Shown here piece after piece: positions 13,506-24,065 of a DNA stretch of 64,000 bases; the stretch's first letter is position 1, and every line of letters begins with the position of its first letter. This DNA is from Gordius albopunctatus (lineage: Eukaryota). The position numbers and the translations under genes are program-made. Under the pieces are notes generated by a model. It saw only the letters and a list, made by a program, of their open reading frames with translations, was not told where the DNA came from and searched no databases. The stretch spans positions 14,508,001 through 14,572,000 of the forward strand of contig OZ193909.1 of NCBI GenBank assembly GCA_964276515.1, given 5' to 3'.

Positions 13506-14536
13506 TCCAAAAGCGCCTGGATTGCGGTCTGTTGTGGACGTGGACCAAAGATTTTCGTTGCAGCGGGGTCGAAGGGAATGACGTGGTTGCCATGCTCAGC
13601 GAAGCCATTAAACACGAGGGCCTCGAGATCAAAATAGTGGCCATCTTGAACGATTCAACCGGAACCCTGGTTGCTGGCACCCACAAAGATCCCGATTGTT
13701 GCTTGTCTGTAATCATAGGTCCGGGTAGCAACGCGGCCTACTTTGAGAAGATTGAAAATATCGGAATCTGGGAAGGATCTCGGCACCAGCACGAACATTA
13801 CTCGATCATCGATACGGAATGGGGCGCGTTTGGGGATAACGGAGTCATTGAATTTTTGAAAACGCCATTTGACAAAGAAATTGACGCCAACTCCAAGCAC
13901 CCCGGATCCTTTTCGTTTGAAAAATTGTTTAGCGGCTTGTACCTGGGTGAACTAACTCGGGTCATTTTGTGTCACGCGCATCTGGAAGGCCTTTTTCTCC
14001 ACAAGTTGGACGACTGCCCCAAGCAGGGTGACCGCGTTAAGGCTAAACCGGTGTTGATCATCGCCAAAGACGCGTTTCCCACCAAATTCGTTTCAGCCAT
14101 CGAAGAAGAGTATGCCGTGGGGCGCGATGCAAAATTGATGGAAATATTGAAGCAATTGGGACTGGCGGAATACGCGGAAACCGAGGATCGACGCTTTATC
14201 CAAGATTTGTGCGCCGTGCTAATATCGCGGGCGGCTAAATTGGTTGCCGCTTCAATTGCCACAATCCTCAAACGAATGAGTGATAGGCCTCGCTGCGCCG
14301 TAGCCATTGATGGTTCGATGTATAAATTAGTTCCGCGCATCGATCAGCAAATTAAGCATTGGATCGCGGTCCTCTTGCAAGCTAAAACCGAGGTGAAAAT
14401 ATTCCTGTCTGAAGATGGTAGCGGAACGGGGGCGGCCCTTGTAGCAGCGATAGCCGAGCGCATGGCTAGATGCAAGAATGGAGCGGCAGAGCAGAGGATA
14501 GCCATGACTGGATCAACTTCATCATCATCGCCCTAA
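13506..14536 (+). pseudogene. HK: Hexokinase retrocopy (intronless, 5'-truncated; open frame of ~340 codons)
   Basis: WTKDF, VAILNDSTGTL, IIGPGSNAAY, DTEWGAFGD, FEKLFSGLYLGE, AIDGSMY, SEDGSGTGAA; the N-terminal DLGGT phosphate-1 motif is missing; fused to gypsy sequence at 13505. Confidence 0.92.
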
Positions 14537-15038
14537 CAGCTCTCTCTCCGTATTACTACTACTTTATGTACCCATTGTACCCAAATAACAACAATCCACA
14601 AACCCTTTTTTATACCCATCATTTACATGAGTTGGGAAGTCTGTACATAATTGTTTTGACAATTGAGGCGTGTCGACAGACAGACACTATATATTTTTTT
14701 ATGTACACATTTACATCTATTATAAATATATTATGGATACTAGTCAGTTAAGTTGAATACTTACATTGGTATCATCGCTCTAAGTGTAGGGCATATTTAA
14801 TGTTTTGTTTTGGGGCGAAATGAAGATATAATTGATTTTCGGCGTATACTTGATGTGGCAGGACCATACATGTTACACACAATTACACACACACACAAAC
14901 CCTTTTTTGGATTCTCGACATTAATTTTCCACTTGTTAATGTGGTACGTTTATTCGCACAACATGATTCGTAATTTGTGAAACGTTAAATTACCATTCTT
15001 CAATAAAGTCTCACAATTAACGATAAAAAAAAAAAAAA
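14537..15038 (+). other. Hexokinase 3' UTR with poly(A) signal and genomically encoded poly(A) tail
   Basis: AATAAA 15002-15007 followed after 17 nt by A14 at 15025-15038. Confidence 0.85.
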
Positions 15039-15181
15039 TCCGAAGGGTTGGTTATGCCATTCCCTTCGGATCCCCTGGCTACGCTTTTACGTTTCACCAG
15101 GGGGTGTTTTATTAACGCGTTATCATCCTTATGTAAAAAATTATAATCGTCGTTGCGCGTAAATGTGTATGTGTGAACGAA
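15039..15181 (-). ncRNA. Structured 3' tail of element A (three stems, AATAAA)
   Basis: Stems 15038-15047/15062-15071, 15072-15078/15097-15103, 15115-15119/15156-15160; minus-strand AATAAA 15108-15113. Confidence 0.7.
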
Positions 15182-15258
15182 AAATTTTGGGGAGAATAAG
15201 GGAAAATATAAAGTGGCAGAGAGGGCAATAGCGTATAACACGTGGAACAGAAAAAATG
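15182..15258 (-). repeat. 3' copy of element A direct repeat (identical to 17982-18058)
   Basis: 77-bp exact match at offset 2800. Confidence 0.95.
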
Positions 15259-15262
15259 GAGC

Positions 15263-15296
15263 GAATGACGGTGTGTTTTTCTTTCTTGTTTATATA
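15263..15296 (-). promoter_or_regulatory. TATA box + Inr of element A
   Basis: TATATAAA 15296-15289; TCATTC 15268-15263 with the A 30 nt downstream of the TATA start. Confidence 0.7.
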
Positions 15297-15311
15297 GTCT
15301 TGGTCACGTGT

Positions 15312-17204
15312 TTACCGAGGGATTTCGCATCTGTTTTCCTCGCTGCTTTCCTCGAAATTTTCGTTCTCCCAAAACCCTAAGTCGATCTGTTCGTCTAGTT
15401 CGTCCGGTTGAATCTCTGGTATCTCGAAGCCTTGTGGCGGGATGTTGGAGGTGCTGTTGGGTACCGAGTATCTTTCTGGTGGCATCCAAGTTCTAGATGG
15501 TAGGTCGGCCGGATTGTTGTTTGTCGAGGTCCACCTTATGTTATAATGGAGTTTGAGGAGGTGAGATACGTCGTATGTGGCTACGAAGTTTGCAATGATC
15601 GATTCCAGGATAGGTGAGTTTGACCCTCCTTTGAGTAAGACGAAATAGGCTGTGGTGGAGTCAGTAACAATCTTTGGATAGTTTGCCCCATTGTGGATGG
15701 CGTGGAGGTATGCGTAAATGGCAGCGATCGTTTCTGTGGCTGTGATGTGACCACCAATCGTCCATTCCAATCCTATTGCTCGTGCCGCATCTTTAAACGT
15801 GATGGAAAAGTTTTGTCCTTCCCAGGAGATACCTATGTGTTCGTCGGAGGCATCGGCATATATCGTGGTGTCATGTTCCCTGTGTAGAGGTATGATTTGT
15901 TTGAGGATCTCTAGACATCCCTGTAATTTGGCTTGGGCTGCCGGCCTGTCATGGCTTGTGACGTTGTTGTTAGCGGCCATTGCGTAGAAGGTGCTGAACA
16001 ATCTCGGCATTCCGGTGAGATTGTAGTAGAAGTAATTCAGCACCCCTAGGGCTTCCATTAACGTGTAATCCGTTATTGGTGTCGGCGTTGATAAGAAGAG
16101 GTGAAGTATGTCCGCTGCGTACTTCAATCGTGTTTGTGTGCTCGTGGATACTTTGATCGAGTGTGTGCGAAAGTCGAGTATTAACCCCAGGTATTCGATG
16201 GTGTTTGTTGCCCATACTGACGATTTGCTGGTGTTGATGGTGAGGCCCCAGTCTTTGGCCATTTCTGCGATGTTTCCTAGGTCCTCTGTGACGTGATCTT
16301 CGTCCTCTGCAAAGATCAGGATGTCATCAAGGTATACATTGTAGTTGCAATGTTTTACTGCCTTTTTAACCAGATCTGCGACTACTGTTTGGAGTACGAA
16401 GGGCGATAAAGAGGCCTCCATTGGCAGGACCTCATAGTGATATAGTTTTTCTCGCCACTTGTAGCCGCAGTATCGCTTGGCGTTTTTATGTAAGGGTATG
16501 CTGAAGAAAGCGGCTTTCAAGTCTATTTTTGCCGCGTAATTGGCTTTTGCCAACTTTTTTGCTGTGAGGGGGATGGTAGCCAACTTGACTGGTAGATGCT
16601 TAAAATTCTTTGAAGCCTCTGACAAGTCGGTGATCACGCGGGCATCCCTATTTTGTTTAGCTATAAAGAAGGTTGCGGAGGTGATGGCGAGCGACTGAGT
16701 CTCGGATACAACCCCCGCTTCTTTCATAGTGGTGAAATAGACTGGGCTTCCCTTTGAGATGCCTTTACGCCTTTCTGGTCTGAACAGACCGTTATTCCTC
16801 CTAATTTTAGGGAGGTCAAGTGGCGGTTTGAAGCCTTCAAATGCTACTTTCAGCGTGAAGGGCGACATTAGAGGATGCGGCTTTAGCCTTGAAGTTTTAA
16901 TGTCGAGAGGCCCTTTGGGCTTGTTAGCTATGCTTTGTTTTCCCCATAAGAAGACGGCTTTATGCCTGTCCACAAGTTCCGGGATGTGTCCCGAACCGGC
17001 GTCCCCGCCGAGGGATTCGTCATCGGGGTTAGTGCGATTGCTAACGTCGGTGGGTATCTTTGGATACTCTCTTGGCGGTAATGGAGGGGGCTGCGCTGGC
17101 CCGTCGGAATTATCATCATCTGCCGGATGCGCTGGGGAAAAGATTTGGCGGCGGGTCTCCTTTAAGAAGTTTTTAATTTGTTGCCACCACCTAGGAAAGC
17201 CCAA
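15312..17204 (-). CDS. Element A polymerase: RT + RNase H (frame open upstream to 17387; likely reached by +1 frameshift)
   Basis: FFIAK..ARVITDLS, AAKIDLKAAFFSIPLH, VLPMEASLSPFVLQ (G>E change), YLDD, IEYLG; RNase H YADAS..E..TDS..NPADLPSR; track start is TTG. Confidence 0.93.
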   Translation of the reverse strand: MGFPRWWQQIKNFLKETRRQIFSPAHPADDDNSDGPAQPPPLPPREYPKIPTDVSNRTNPDDESLGGDAGSGHIPELVDRHKAVFLWGKQSIANKPKGPLDIKTSRLKPHPLMSPFTLKVAFEGFKPPLDLPKIRRNNGLFRPERRKGISKGSPVYFTTMKEAGVVSETQSLAITSATFFIAKQNRDARVITDLSEASKNFKHLPVKLATIPLTAKKLAKANYAAKIDLKAAFFSIPLHKNAKRYCGYKWREKLYHYEVLPMEASLSPFVLQTVVADLVKKAVKHCNYNVYLDDILIFAEDEDHVTEDLGNIAEMAKDWGLTINTSKSSVWATNTIEYLGLILDFRTHSIKVSTSTQTRLKYAADILHLFLSTPTPITDYTLMEALGVLNYFYYNLTGMPRLFSTFYAMAANNNVTSHDRPAAQAKLQGCLEILKQIIPLHREHDTTIYADASDEHIGISWEGQNFSITFKDAARAIGLEWTIGGHITATETIAAIYAYLHAIHNGANYPKIVTDSTTAYFVLLKGGSNSPILESIIANFVATYDVSHLLKLHYNIRWTSTNNNPADLPSRTWMPPERYSVPNSTSNIPPQGFEIPEIQPDELDEQIDLGFWENENFEESSEENRCEIPR

Positions 17205-17277
17205 GTCTTTATCCCCGTTGAGAGTCGGTTCGCCCGAGGGCCCGTACTCCCACCGGCTGACGGTGTTGCGTATTAAT

Positions 17278-17958
17278 TTACGAACGCGGGGCAGGGGCCG
17301 CGTTCTTCTGGAAGTGTCGGCTCGGCTTTTTGCCTCTGCCCCTGCCAGCTCCTGGAAAAAACGACTTTCGTGGCGACTTGGGTATCGTTATTTCTACATC
17401 CTTGAATCCCATGTCCGTAAGCCATGTCGTGTCGTGCTTGGCTGCGGTTGCCCAATTGAATTTTATGGCCAGGCACAATGTTTTTAATTGCTTATCGTGT
17501 GCCACCAATATTTCCAGGGGGGATGTTGGTAGACACACTTGAGACATCATTATGGCGTATTTTGCTTCGTGTCTGTCTCTTTTTTGAACACGCTGGTCTG
17601 GGTCTCTAAGTAGTTCCTCAAGGCCTTGTGTGTGTTTTGCGATCTCCTCGCATAAGAACGCCGGGGTCTTAGGTGGGTCTGGCGCTGGTATGATTTGGAC
17701 CGTGGATGGCATTTGAATCGGCGCTATATTTGCTGGCTCTAGCTGCCTGTGACTAGGGCCCACCACAGACATCGATGCCGCTAGCATTTCCCTTAGGCTA
17801 TCGATCTGGCGTTGATTCGCTCTGTTCTGTTCCCTCTGCATCTCCACCAGTTTAGATCTTAGGTCCGCCGAGCCCGCACCGGGAACCCCCGGTCTAACAG
17901 GGCTCGGGGGATTGCTAATATCCTCTTGGCCGTCCTCCGTGCTTCTTGTTCTAGGCAT
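17278..17958 (-). CDS. Element A ORF1, Gag/core-like, 226 aa
   Basis: ATG start, intact; clear homology with B ORF1 (PAP.PP.T, GLEEL..DPD, HEAK.AI, QLK..CLAIKFNW.TAA, FFP.AGRG); basic/Gly-rich tail. Confidence 0.85.
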   Translation of the reverse strand: MPRTRSTEDGQEDISNPPSPVRPGVPGAGSADLRSKLVEMQREQNRANQRQIDSLREMLAASMSVVGPSHRQLEPANIAPIQMPSTVQIIPAPDPPKTPAFLCEEIAKHTQGLEELLRDPDQRVQKRDRHEAKYAIMMSQVCLPTSPLEILVAHDKQLKTLCLAIKFNWATAAKHDTTWLTDMGFKDVEITIPKSPRKSFFPGAGRGRGKKPSRHFQKNAAPAPRS

Positions 17959-17981
17959 GTACGGGGGGAAAAAGGCGAAGG

Positions 17982-18058
17982 AAATTTTGGGGAGAATAAG
18001 GGAAAATATAAAGTGGCAGAGAGGGCAATAGCGTATAACACGTGGAACAGAAAAAATG
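17982..18058 (-). repeat. 5' copy of element A direct repeat
   Basis: Exact match to 15182-15258; starts 8 nt downstream of the predicted TSS equivalent. Confidence 0.95.
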
Positions 18059-20530
18059 CGTTAGCTTTTTTATGTTAACAGTTTGTTATTAACGATTCTT
18101 AATTTTATATAATTTATAATTGTAAACAATACGCCGATAAAAAGTATCTTATGTTTATATGCCCATTTTGTCATTAAAGTACATGAGCGTAGCCAGGAAG
18201 ATGGCAGAAGGGGCGAGAATGCCTATGGGGGGGGGTAATGGTTAAGCAGGGAGTCAGATAATACTCGTACAACGTTATAGTTTATTTTAAATATACTATT
18301 TGAATATTAATAATTTAAGTATTAATAAATGTTTTATAGCAATTTTTACAAAAATTTAGCCTTTTTAATATTTGTATTGAAAAAACTAAGTCATCTGTTT
18401 GCATTTTACACTTGATTTTGAGGAATAGGCGAAATGGCCAATGGAACGCAAATAAAGAGTATGACCTTGAAAAAACTAATAGTCATCCTTCCAAAACGTA
18501 CAACTTTTAATTAAGAGTTTATTTGATACTCTATAAATTTAAACAATTTGGTGTAAGGGACATAATTTAAGTTATGAATATAGACTCTATTCAAAATCAT
18601 ACGCGTATGTACAGTATAAAAAACAACAAAGCAAAAATGAAATAGTAACATTTTATCTAATCTAGCGAGTAAATAAATGGATTATGGTGTGAATTTTAGT
18701 TGCGACAGTGAAATGAAGGTAAAAAATTTGCACTATATTCAGGGTTAGGTTGGTGGATAGCGGTTTTATTATCAAAAAGGGACGGGGCAAACCAATCTGT
18801 GAAACGATAAATATAAAGAACCTTTTAAGGGGTGTGGGGTGCGGTGAGACGTCGGAAAGAAATTATATAAGGTCAAAAAATAGAATAAAAAATTTCGATA
18901 TACACTTTGGCCAGTGATTTTTTCCATTGGTCAGCAGGTCAAAAAGCGTGTAAATACATAAGGATCAATTATTAACAAAACTGAAAAAATTTCCAATTCT
19001 TGGCTTCTGTTACGTTTGTTGTTTGGTTTGGGGCTATATTTCCAAAGGGTTTTAGCTGCTAGCTCGAGTCTTTAGTCGTAAACGCTCGTTCTTGTGATTA
19101 AGTTTGCGGGATTTATTAGTCTGCTGTTAGGTTGACAATAGGCTTACTCAAGGATTTATTTAATTTATATCTGAATTGACAATAAGCACATTCAAGAATT
19201 TTTTTGGTGTTATATCAGTCGACAATAGGCAAATTCTAGGATTTTATTCAATCTTTATAGTCAATATATGTCACGAAATGTTTCAGCGGGAAAAGTCTTT
19301 CCGGTAATTCAAGGTGCTTGAGTGGCGGTTCAAAAGGTTATAGGGGATACAGTGATACAGCTCCACGGATAAAAGTTTTGGGGTAATCAGATTATTAAGA
19401 CGGCGCGGGAAAAATAGCAAGGAAAAATAATTAGTGAATTTTAACGGGATACATGGGTTTTTTAATGACAGGGTTCCTTAACCTCCTGAGGTCGTTGCTC
19501 TATTTGCTTATTTTCTATTATCCCTACCTATCCTAAAAAGGAATAGCTATTAAACTAACCCCGGCCTTATTTTCAACTCATCCAAACTTACTTCCTAGCC
19601 CATTAATCTTAATGTTAATAAACTTACGCATTCCCATCTTACATACCGCTATACTAAACTATTCATCCAACTTATTTTCAAGTACGTTGATCTTAATGGT
19701 CAACACAAGTGGAAAATTTCAAACCTTAACTATGCCCATTAATCTTAATAGTTACCTCAACTAGAACATTCCCATCTTTTAATCTTGACAGCTACCCCAC
19801 CTAGAACATTCCCCTCTTTAAATACATTGGTAATAAATAATTAAAGGATGCCTTATTCAATCCTTTGTATACGAACATTCCCAACTTTTAATACACCTGT
19901 GATAACTTATTAGGGTGGGCCCCCTTAACTCCTGAGGATACAACAGGCCAGTGGTTATTTCTTCCATTGGTCAGCAGACGGCCAAATAGATAGCCTATAC
20001 TTATAATATAGAAAAAAAATCGATTTTAATCTCACTTTGGCCAGTGGTCATATTTTCAAATGGTCAACAGACGGCTAAATAGCTAGCCAATATAACATGA
20101 TTTATGATTAGTGTAAAAATAGTTTACCATGTTTTTAATATAACGCTTTTATGAGTATTAAACAAAAAAATAAAATATGTTTAAAATATTTTTATCCTAG
20201 CTGATTTATGCTCAATATCTATTCGTTAATATTAAATTGAATCCTGTTTCCATGCTAAGAGGTTTTATAGTGATTAATATTATGTTACCTGAACATGTTT
20301 TAACCAGCCTCTTAGTTATTGCTGGAGTAGTTGAAGTTCCCAAAATCTTTTGTTCGTTAAATAATTGTATAATGAATTATAACTATTTATTAATGATAAA
20401 ACAACTAAGATATAATTTTACAGAAGTACAATGATGGGGTTTTATTACATTTTGATCAAAAATAATTAATAAAATAAATGAAGAAAGAGATATGTTAAAA
20501 ATCCTATATCGTAAATATCCTAAATTGAAA

Positions 20531-21667
20531 TTATTCGTTATTACAATAACTAACAAAACTTTGTGTGTCATTAAATGAAGGCTTTCTTAAAGAAAGACTG
20601 TTAAAAGCTGCCAAACTTAAAGAACTTCTCGCTTCGTATTCTGGATGGTCATAATTAGGCTTAAAATAAAATTTGATTTCACTTTCATCTTTGGACGCAT
20701 TAGATCGACTTTTCCACAATTCTAATATTAATGCGGAAGACACATTTGGTGTATCATCCAGCGTTATATTATAAAAATTTAGTAGATGAATAATTTGATA
20801 ATCGTGAGCAACGTAAATAACTAAATTTTTAGTCCTTCGGTTAAAACTGTTATTAAATTTTAATTTAATATCTTCAACTAAATTATATAATAAGTCATCA
20901 AGCATGCGACTCTTGTTTGAGATGTAATTGTAGTAAGACAACATTAAGTGAGCCAAATTCGTGTAAATAGTTTTATTGGCCCACGCAGGCAAACCCATTC
21001 CATTTTCGTTCAAGGTTTTTAGCACTTCAAATATCCTGGCAGGCAATCGATCGTCTATGATACCTTCGCTCGTATAATTTTTTAGCGAAAGTAAGAAAGC
21101 CGTTTGGTTTATCAATAAATTATTGTATTCACTATTATTCGATCGAGAAATATGTTGCATACCTTGACTCAGCTTTTTACAATTTTTAAGGCTGCCCATT
21201 AAAAAGCAGGACTCTAACAAAGTTGTCATATTATTAGGAATTTTGACTGACCACTCATAAGGTAGAGTTTTGTTTATAGCCAAAATATCCATATTCTCCT
21301 GAGTTAAAGAATATTTAGGATCATTGTTGCTGATTCCTATTAAGATGGCCAACATGCTCGTAATAGTTCTATCTGAGTTTGTGGATAACAAATGAGTATT
21401 GAAATTAGATGGTGCCGGAGCCAAGTGAAGGTCATGGTTTCCAAAATATTTAGACCTTATAATAGTACCTAGCTGATAGCTCTGATTAATTCCGACATTT
21501 GTGATTCCTCCATATCCATAGGGCCACCTTTGTTCCGATTTATTATACGATGCATATGCATACTTCGGAAAGATAGCTCTAGCCCCGTGCCTCGTCACGC
21601 ATATAACTGCGAGAAGTTCGGCTAAAATAAATATAGTGAAAATAATATTTAGGATTGGACAGTATGC
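20531..21667 (-). CDS. Histidine acid phosphatase (branch 2, secreted/lysosomal-like); the only full copy in the window; 5' exon structure uncertain
   Basis: RHGAR catalytic motif, G.GGIT..G..Q.Y.LG, RTITS, YVAHD; many NxS/T sequons; hydrophobic stretch upstream of the GTG at 21598. Confidence 0.88.
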   Translation of the reverse strand, partial: AYCPILNIIFTIFILAELLAVICVTRHGARAIFPKYAYASYNKSEQRWPYGYGGITNVGINQSYQLGTIIRSKYFGNHDLHLAPAPSNFNTHLLSTNSDRTITSMLAILIGISNNDPKYSLTQENMDILAINKTLPYEWSVKIPNNMTTLLESCFLMGSLKNCKKLSQGMQHISRSNNSEYNNLLINQTAFLLSLKNYTSEGIIDDRLPARIFEVLKTLNENGMGLPAWANKTIYTNLAHLMLSYYNYISNKSRMLDDLLYNLVEDIKLKFNNSFNRRTKNLVIYVAHDYQIIHLLNFYNITLDDTPNVSSALILELWKSRSNASKDESEIKFYFKPNYDHPEYEARSSLSLAAFNSLSLRKPSFNDTQSFVSYCNNE

Positions 21668-24065
21668 CTAAAAGCAATTACTTATATACATTCAATTTTA
21701 TTTATAATACCTTTTCATGTATCCGATTATTAATTTTAATTTAATTGTATAAGATAAATTGTAATACTTTTTAATGAACAAATGATTATTAAATAGTTAT
21801 ATTAAATAAAATTAAAGATATGATTTTATTTATTTATTTTTTTATTAATATGTCAAATTAAGATCAGGAATTTTCATTTATTTTTAGTAAAATTGGATTG
21901 GAATCAAAAAGACCTTTTATTAATTTAAATCTTCGGGTCGAGTCTAAGAATATTACTACTTTTGCAATATCATCAAGCTTATCAAAATTAAAATTCAAAA
22001 ACTTTACTGGATATTTGATTTAAAAATGAAATGTAAATATAAACTTCATGTTGTTCATATATAAGATAAACTGTTTTATTCATAGGTAACTAATTGCAGG
22101 CAATATGATTATGGCATAAGTAACTTATAATATTCTAAAATTAAAATCTATATATATGAATCATTTATTTAATTTCTTGTTAAACGCAATTTGGGAGCCA
22201 CTCAAATTTTCAATCGGAAAATTCTTTTAAATAATATATGCTTTTAAATATTAATTTTGTTTTTAATATTTTCCTCAACTTATTTTAATCTCAGTATATA
22301 ATTTTCACTTCCTGGAAATATTAATTTCGAATATTTGGCCTTTTAAAACATTAAAAAACTATTTTTGGAAGATTTTAAAATTTTTATACACCTCGATTGA
22401 GCTGGAACTACACGTACAGTAAGTTTTAAATTAACATTTAGCCTTACTGTTCGCTTTTTGAGGCACTAGTCAACATTTTTATTCTTACCCTTTGATTTAA
22501 CTTAGCTAAACCTAACTTACTCATGCACAGTTAGTAATTAGTATGATGTGAAAATGGATCTCTATCCAAAATTAGGGTTTATTAATATATTTATATGGAT
22601 TGTATTAAAGGTTTGGACATTTTTTATGCAATAAAATATTCCTTTTAAGAATTATAGTAACTAAATTAAAAAAGTTTTACTTTTAAACATAGCTATTTAA
22701 AAATTATAAATTTGTTATGTGCTTTTAATTGTTTTGATTAAATTGCTTTTTAAAGACAAAGGTGAGAAACCAGAGACGTAGCCACCCCCCTATAGGCATT
22801 CTCGCCCCTTCCCACCTTTATCGCCCATAAATTGCATAGCAAATATGCTACTTTTATACGGAGTATGGATGAGTTTCGTTCCCCCTTCCCTTCCCCTCCT
22901 TCCCTTCCCACGAGGGTTCTTTTCCTTTTTGACATTCATTGAAAAACTACAAACTACCTTACAATTAAATAGACTCTTTGTATATTAAAATAAGATATAC
23001 TACTTTTGGAAACCTCAATTTGTGTCTAGGAAAAAACATTCGATTGAATTATGAAAAGAAGAAACGTTAGATTTAAAAGTTTTTGATATATGGTTTTGCT
23101 CTATGTCCGCATATAAAATCTTTAATTAATAAAATAATTAAACAACTTTACTATTTTAATAATTATACAAATAACACTTACAAGTGTTTGCCTGGGAATT
23201 AGTCATATATATTAGATTTCCCAAAATTTGCAAGAACAAATTAAGTTGGAATAAAAGACATGCCATATTATTAGTAAAAGGTAAAAGTGTTGAATAAGTT
23301 TTAAAACCTGATAACTTTGAACTGCCAAAATGAACTGCCTTAGCTTGTTTATGTTAACAGTTTGTTATTAACATTTCTTAATTTTATATAATTTATAACT
23401 GTAAACAATGCGCCGATAAAAAGGATCTTATGTTTATAGGCCCATTTTGTCGTTAAGGTACATGAGCGTAGCCATGAGGATGGCAGGAGGGGTGGCTGCC
23501 CCCCCCCCCTAAAAAAACTACGGGAAAAATATTTTCAATGCAAAAACTTTGAAAAATTAAAAAAAATTATAACGTTTTGCCCCCCCCCCCTAATCTAAAA
23601 CCTGGCTGCGCCCATGATAAAGTATATCTTCTACGTATATAAAATTCTCGTGTCACAGTCTTTGGTCCTCAACTCCTCCGAAACAGCTGGGCTGATTTAG
23701 ATGGAAATTTCTGCGAATATTTGGTAGGTCTGAGCCTAGGTTTTTAACTATATTCCAAATCTCTAAGTCATAAGACGGTCAAGTTATTTAGTTTTATACG
23801 TCTTGACGTTTATTAAAATATCACTCAAACGCAACCTCATGACGTACTGCGTATCTATCGTGTAGGTAGTGTGATAAATGCAGTAGGCATGTGTTGCGGA
23901 AAATGGAAACTTTTTACGATTTAAAACATTAAATATCAAAGTCATTTTTTTGCTTATTTTTCACGTCAATTATTATTATTATAGGACGGTCGTGTCCCCT
24001 CCTGCGTGGCTAAATAAATTAAAAAATCTAATTTTGGCATTTTTTGCGCGTTAAATAAGGAGAAA

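Larger units (their letters stand above)
15039..18058 (-). mobile_element. Element A: complete 3020-bp hepadna-like RT element (ORF1 + RT-RNase H, no integrase/YR)
   Basis: Two ORFs; 77-bp direct repeat 15182-15258 / 17982-18058; structured 3' tail; absent at the equivalent site of unit 2. Confidence 0.9.
1..22469. repeat. Segmental duplication unit 1 (~22.5 kb)
   Basis: Position 1 (tcaacattttt...) recurs at 22470 and 45837; ORF track repeats with offsets 22469 and 45836 (e.g. 281/22750/46117). The unit boundary is arbitrary (window start). Confidence 0.95.

Noticed and set aside
13532..14536. Functional stand-alone hexokinase gene
   Set aside because: Start is an internal TTG; the N-terminal ATP/sugar-binding motifs are missing and upstream sequence is gypsy RT
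15025..15038. A14 as the poly(A) tail of element A
   Set aside because: Wrong strand (T-run in element sense), absent from B, and correctly spaced behind the hexokinase AATAAA
16759..17487. 242-aa antisense ORF as an overlapping envelope/X-like gene
   Set aside because: No equivalent continuous ORF in B; explained by GC-rich antisense shadow
15039..18058. Calling A/B canonical DIRS/Ngaro or LTR retrotransposons
   Set aside because: No tyrosine recombinase, integrase or protease; no ITR/ICR, no split A-B repeats, no TG..CA LTRs with PBS/PPT. A distant DIRS relationship is still possible.
20237..20434. Short + strand ORFs near the phosphatase 3' end and other short antisense ORFs over TEs
   Set aside because: Non-ATG starts, no motifs, shadows of AT-rich or TE sequence
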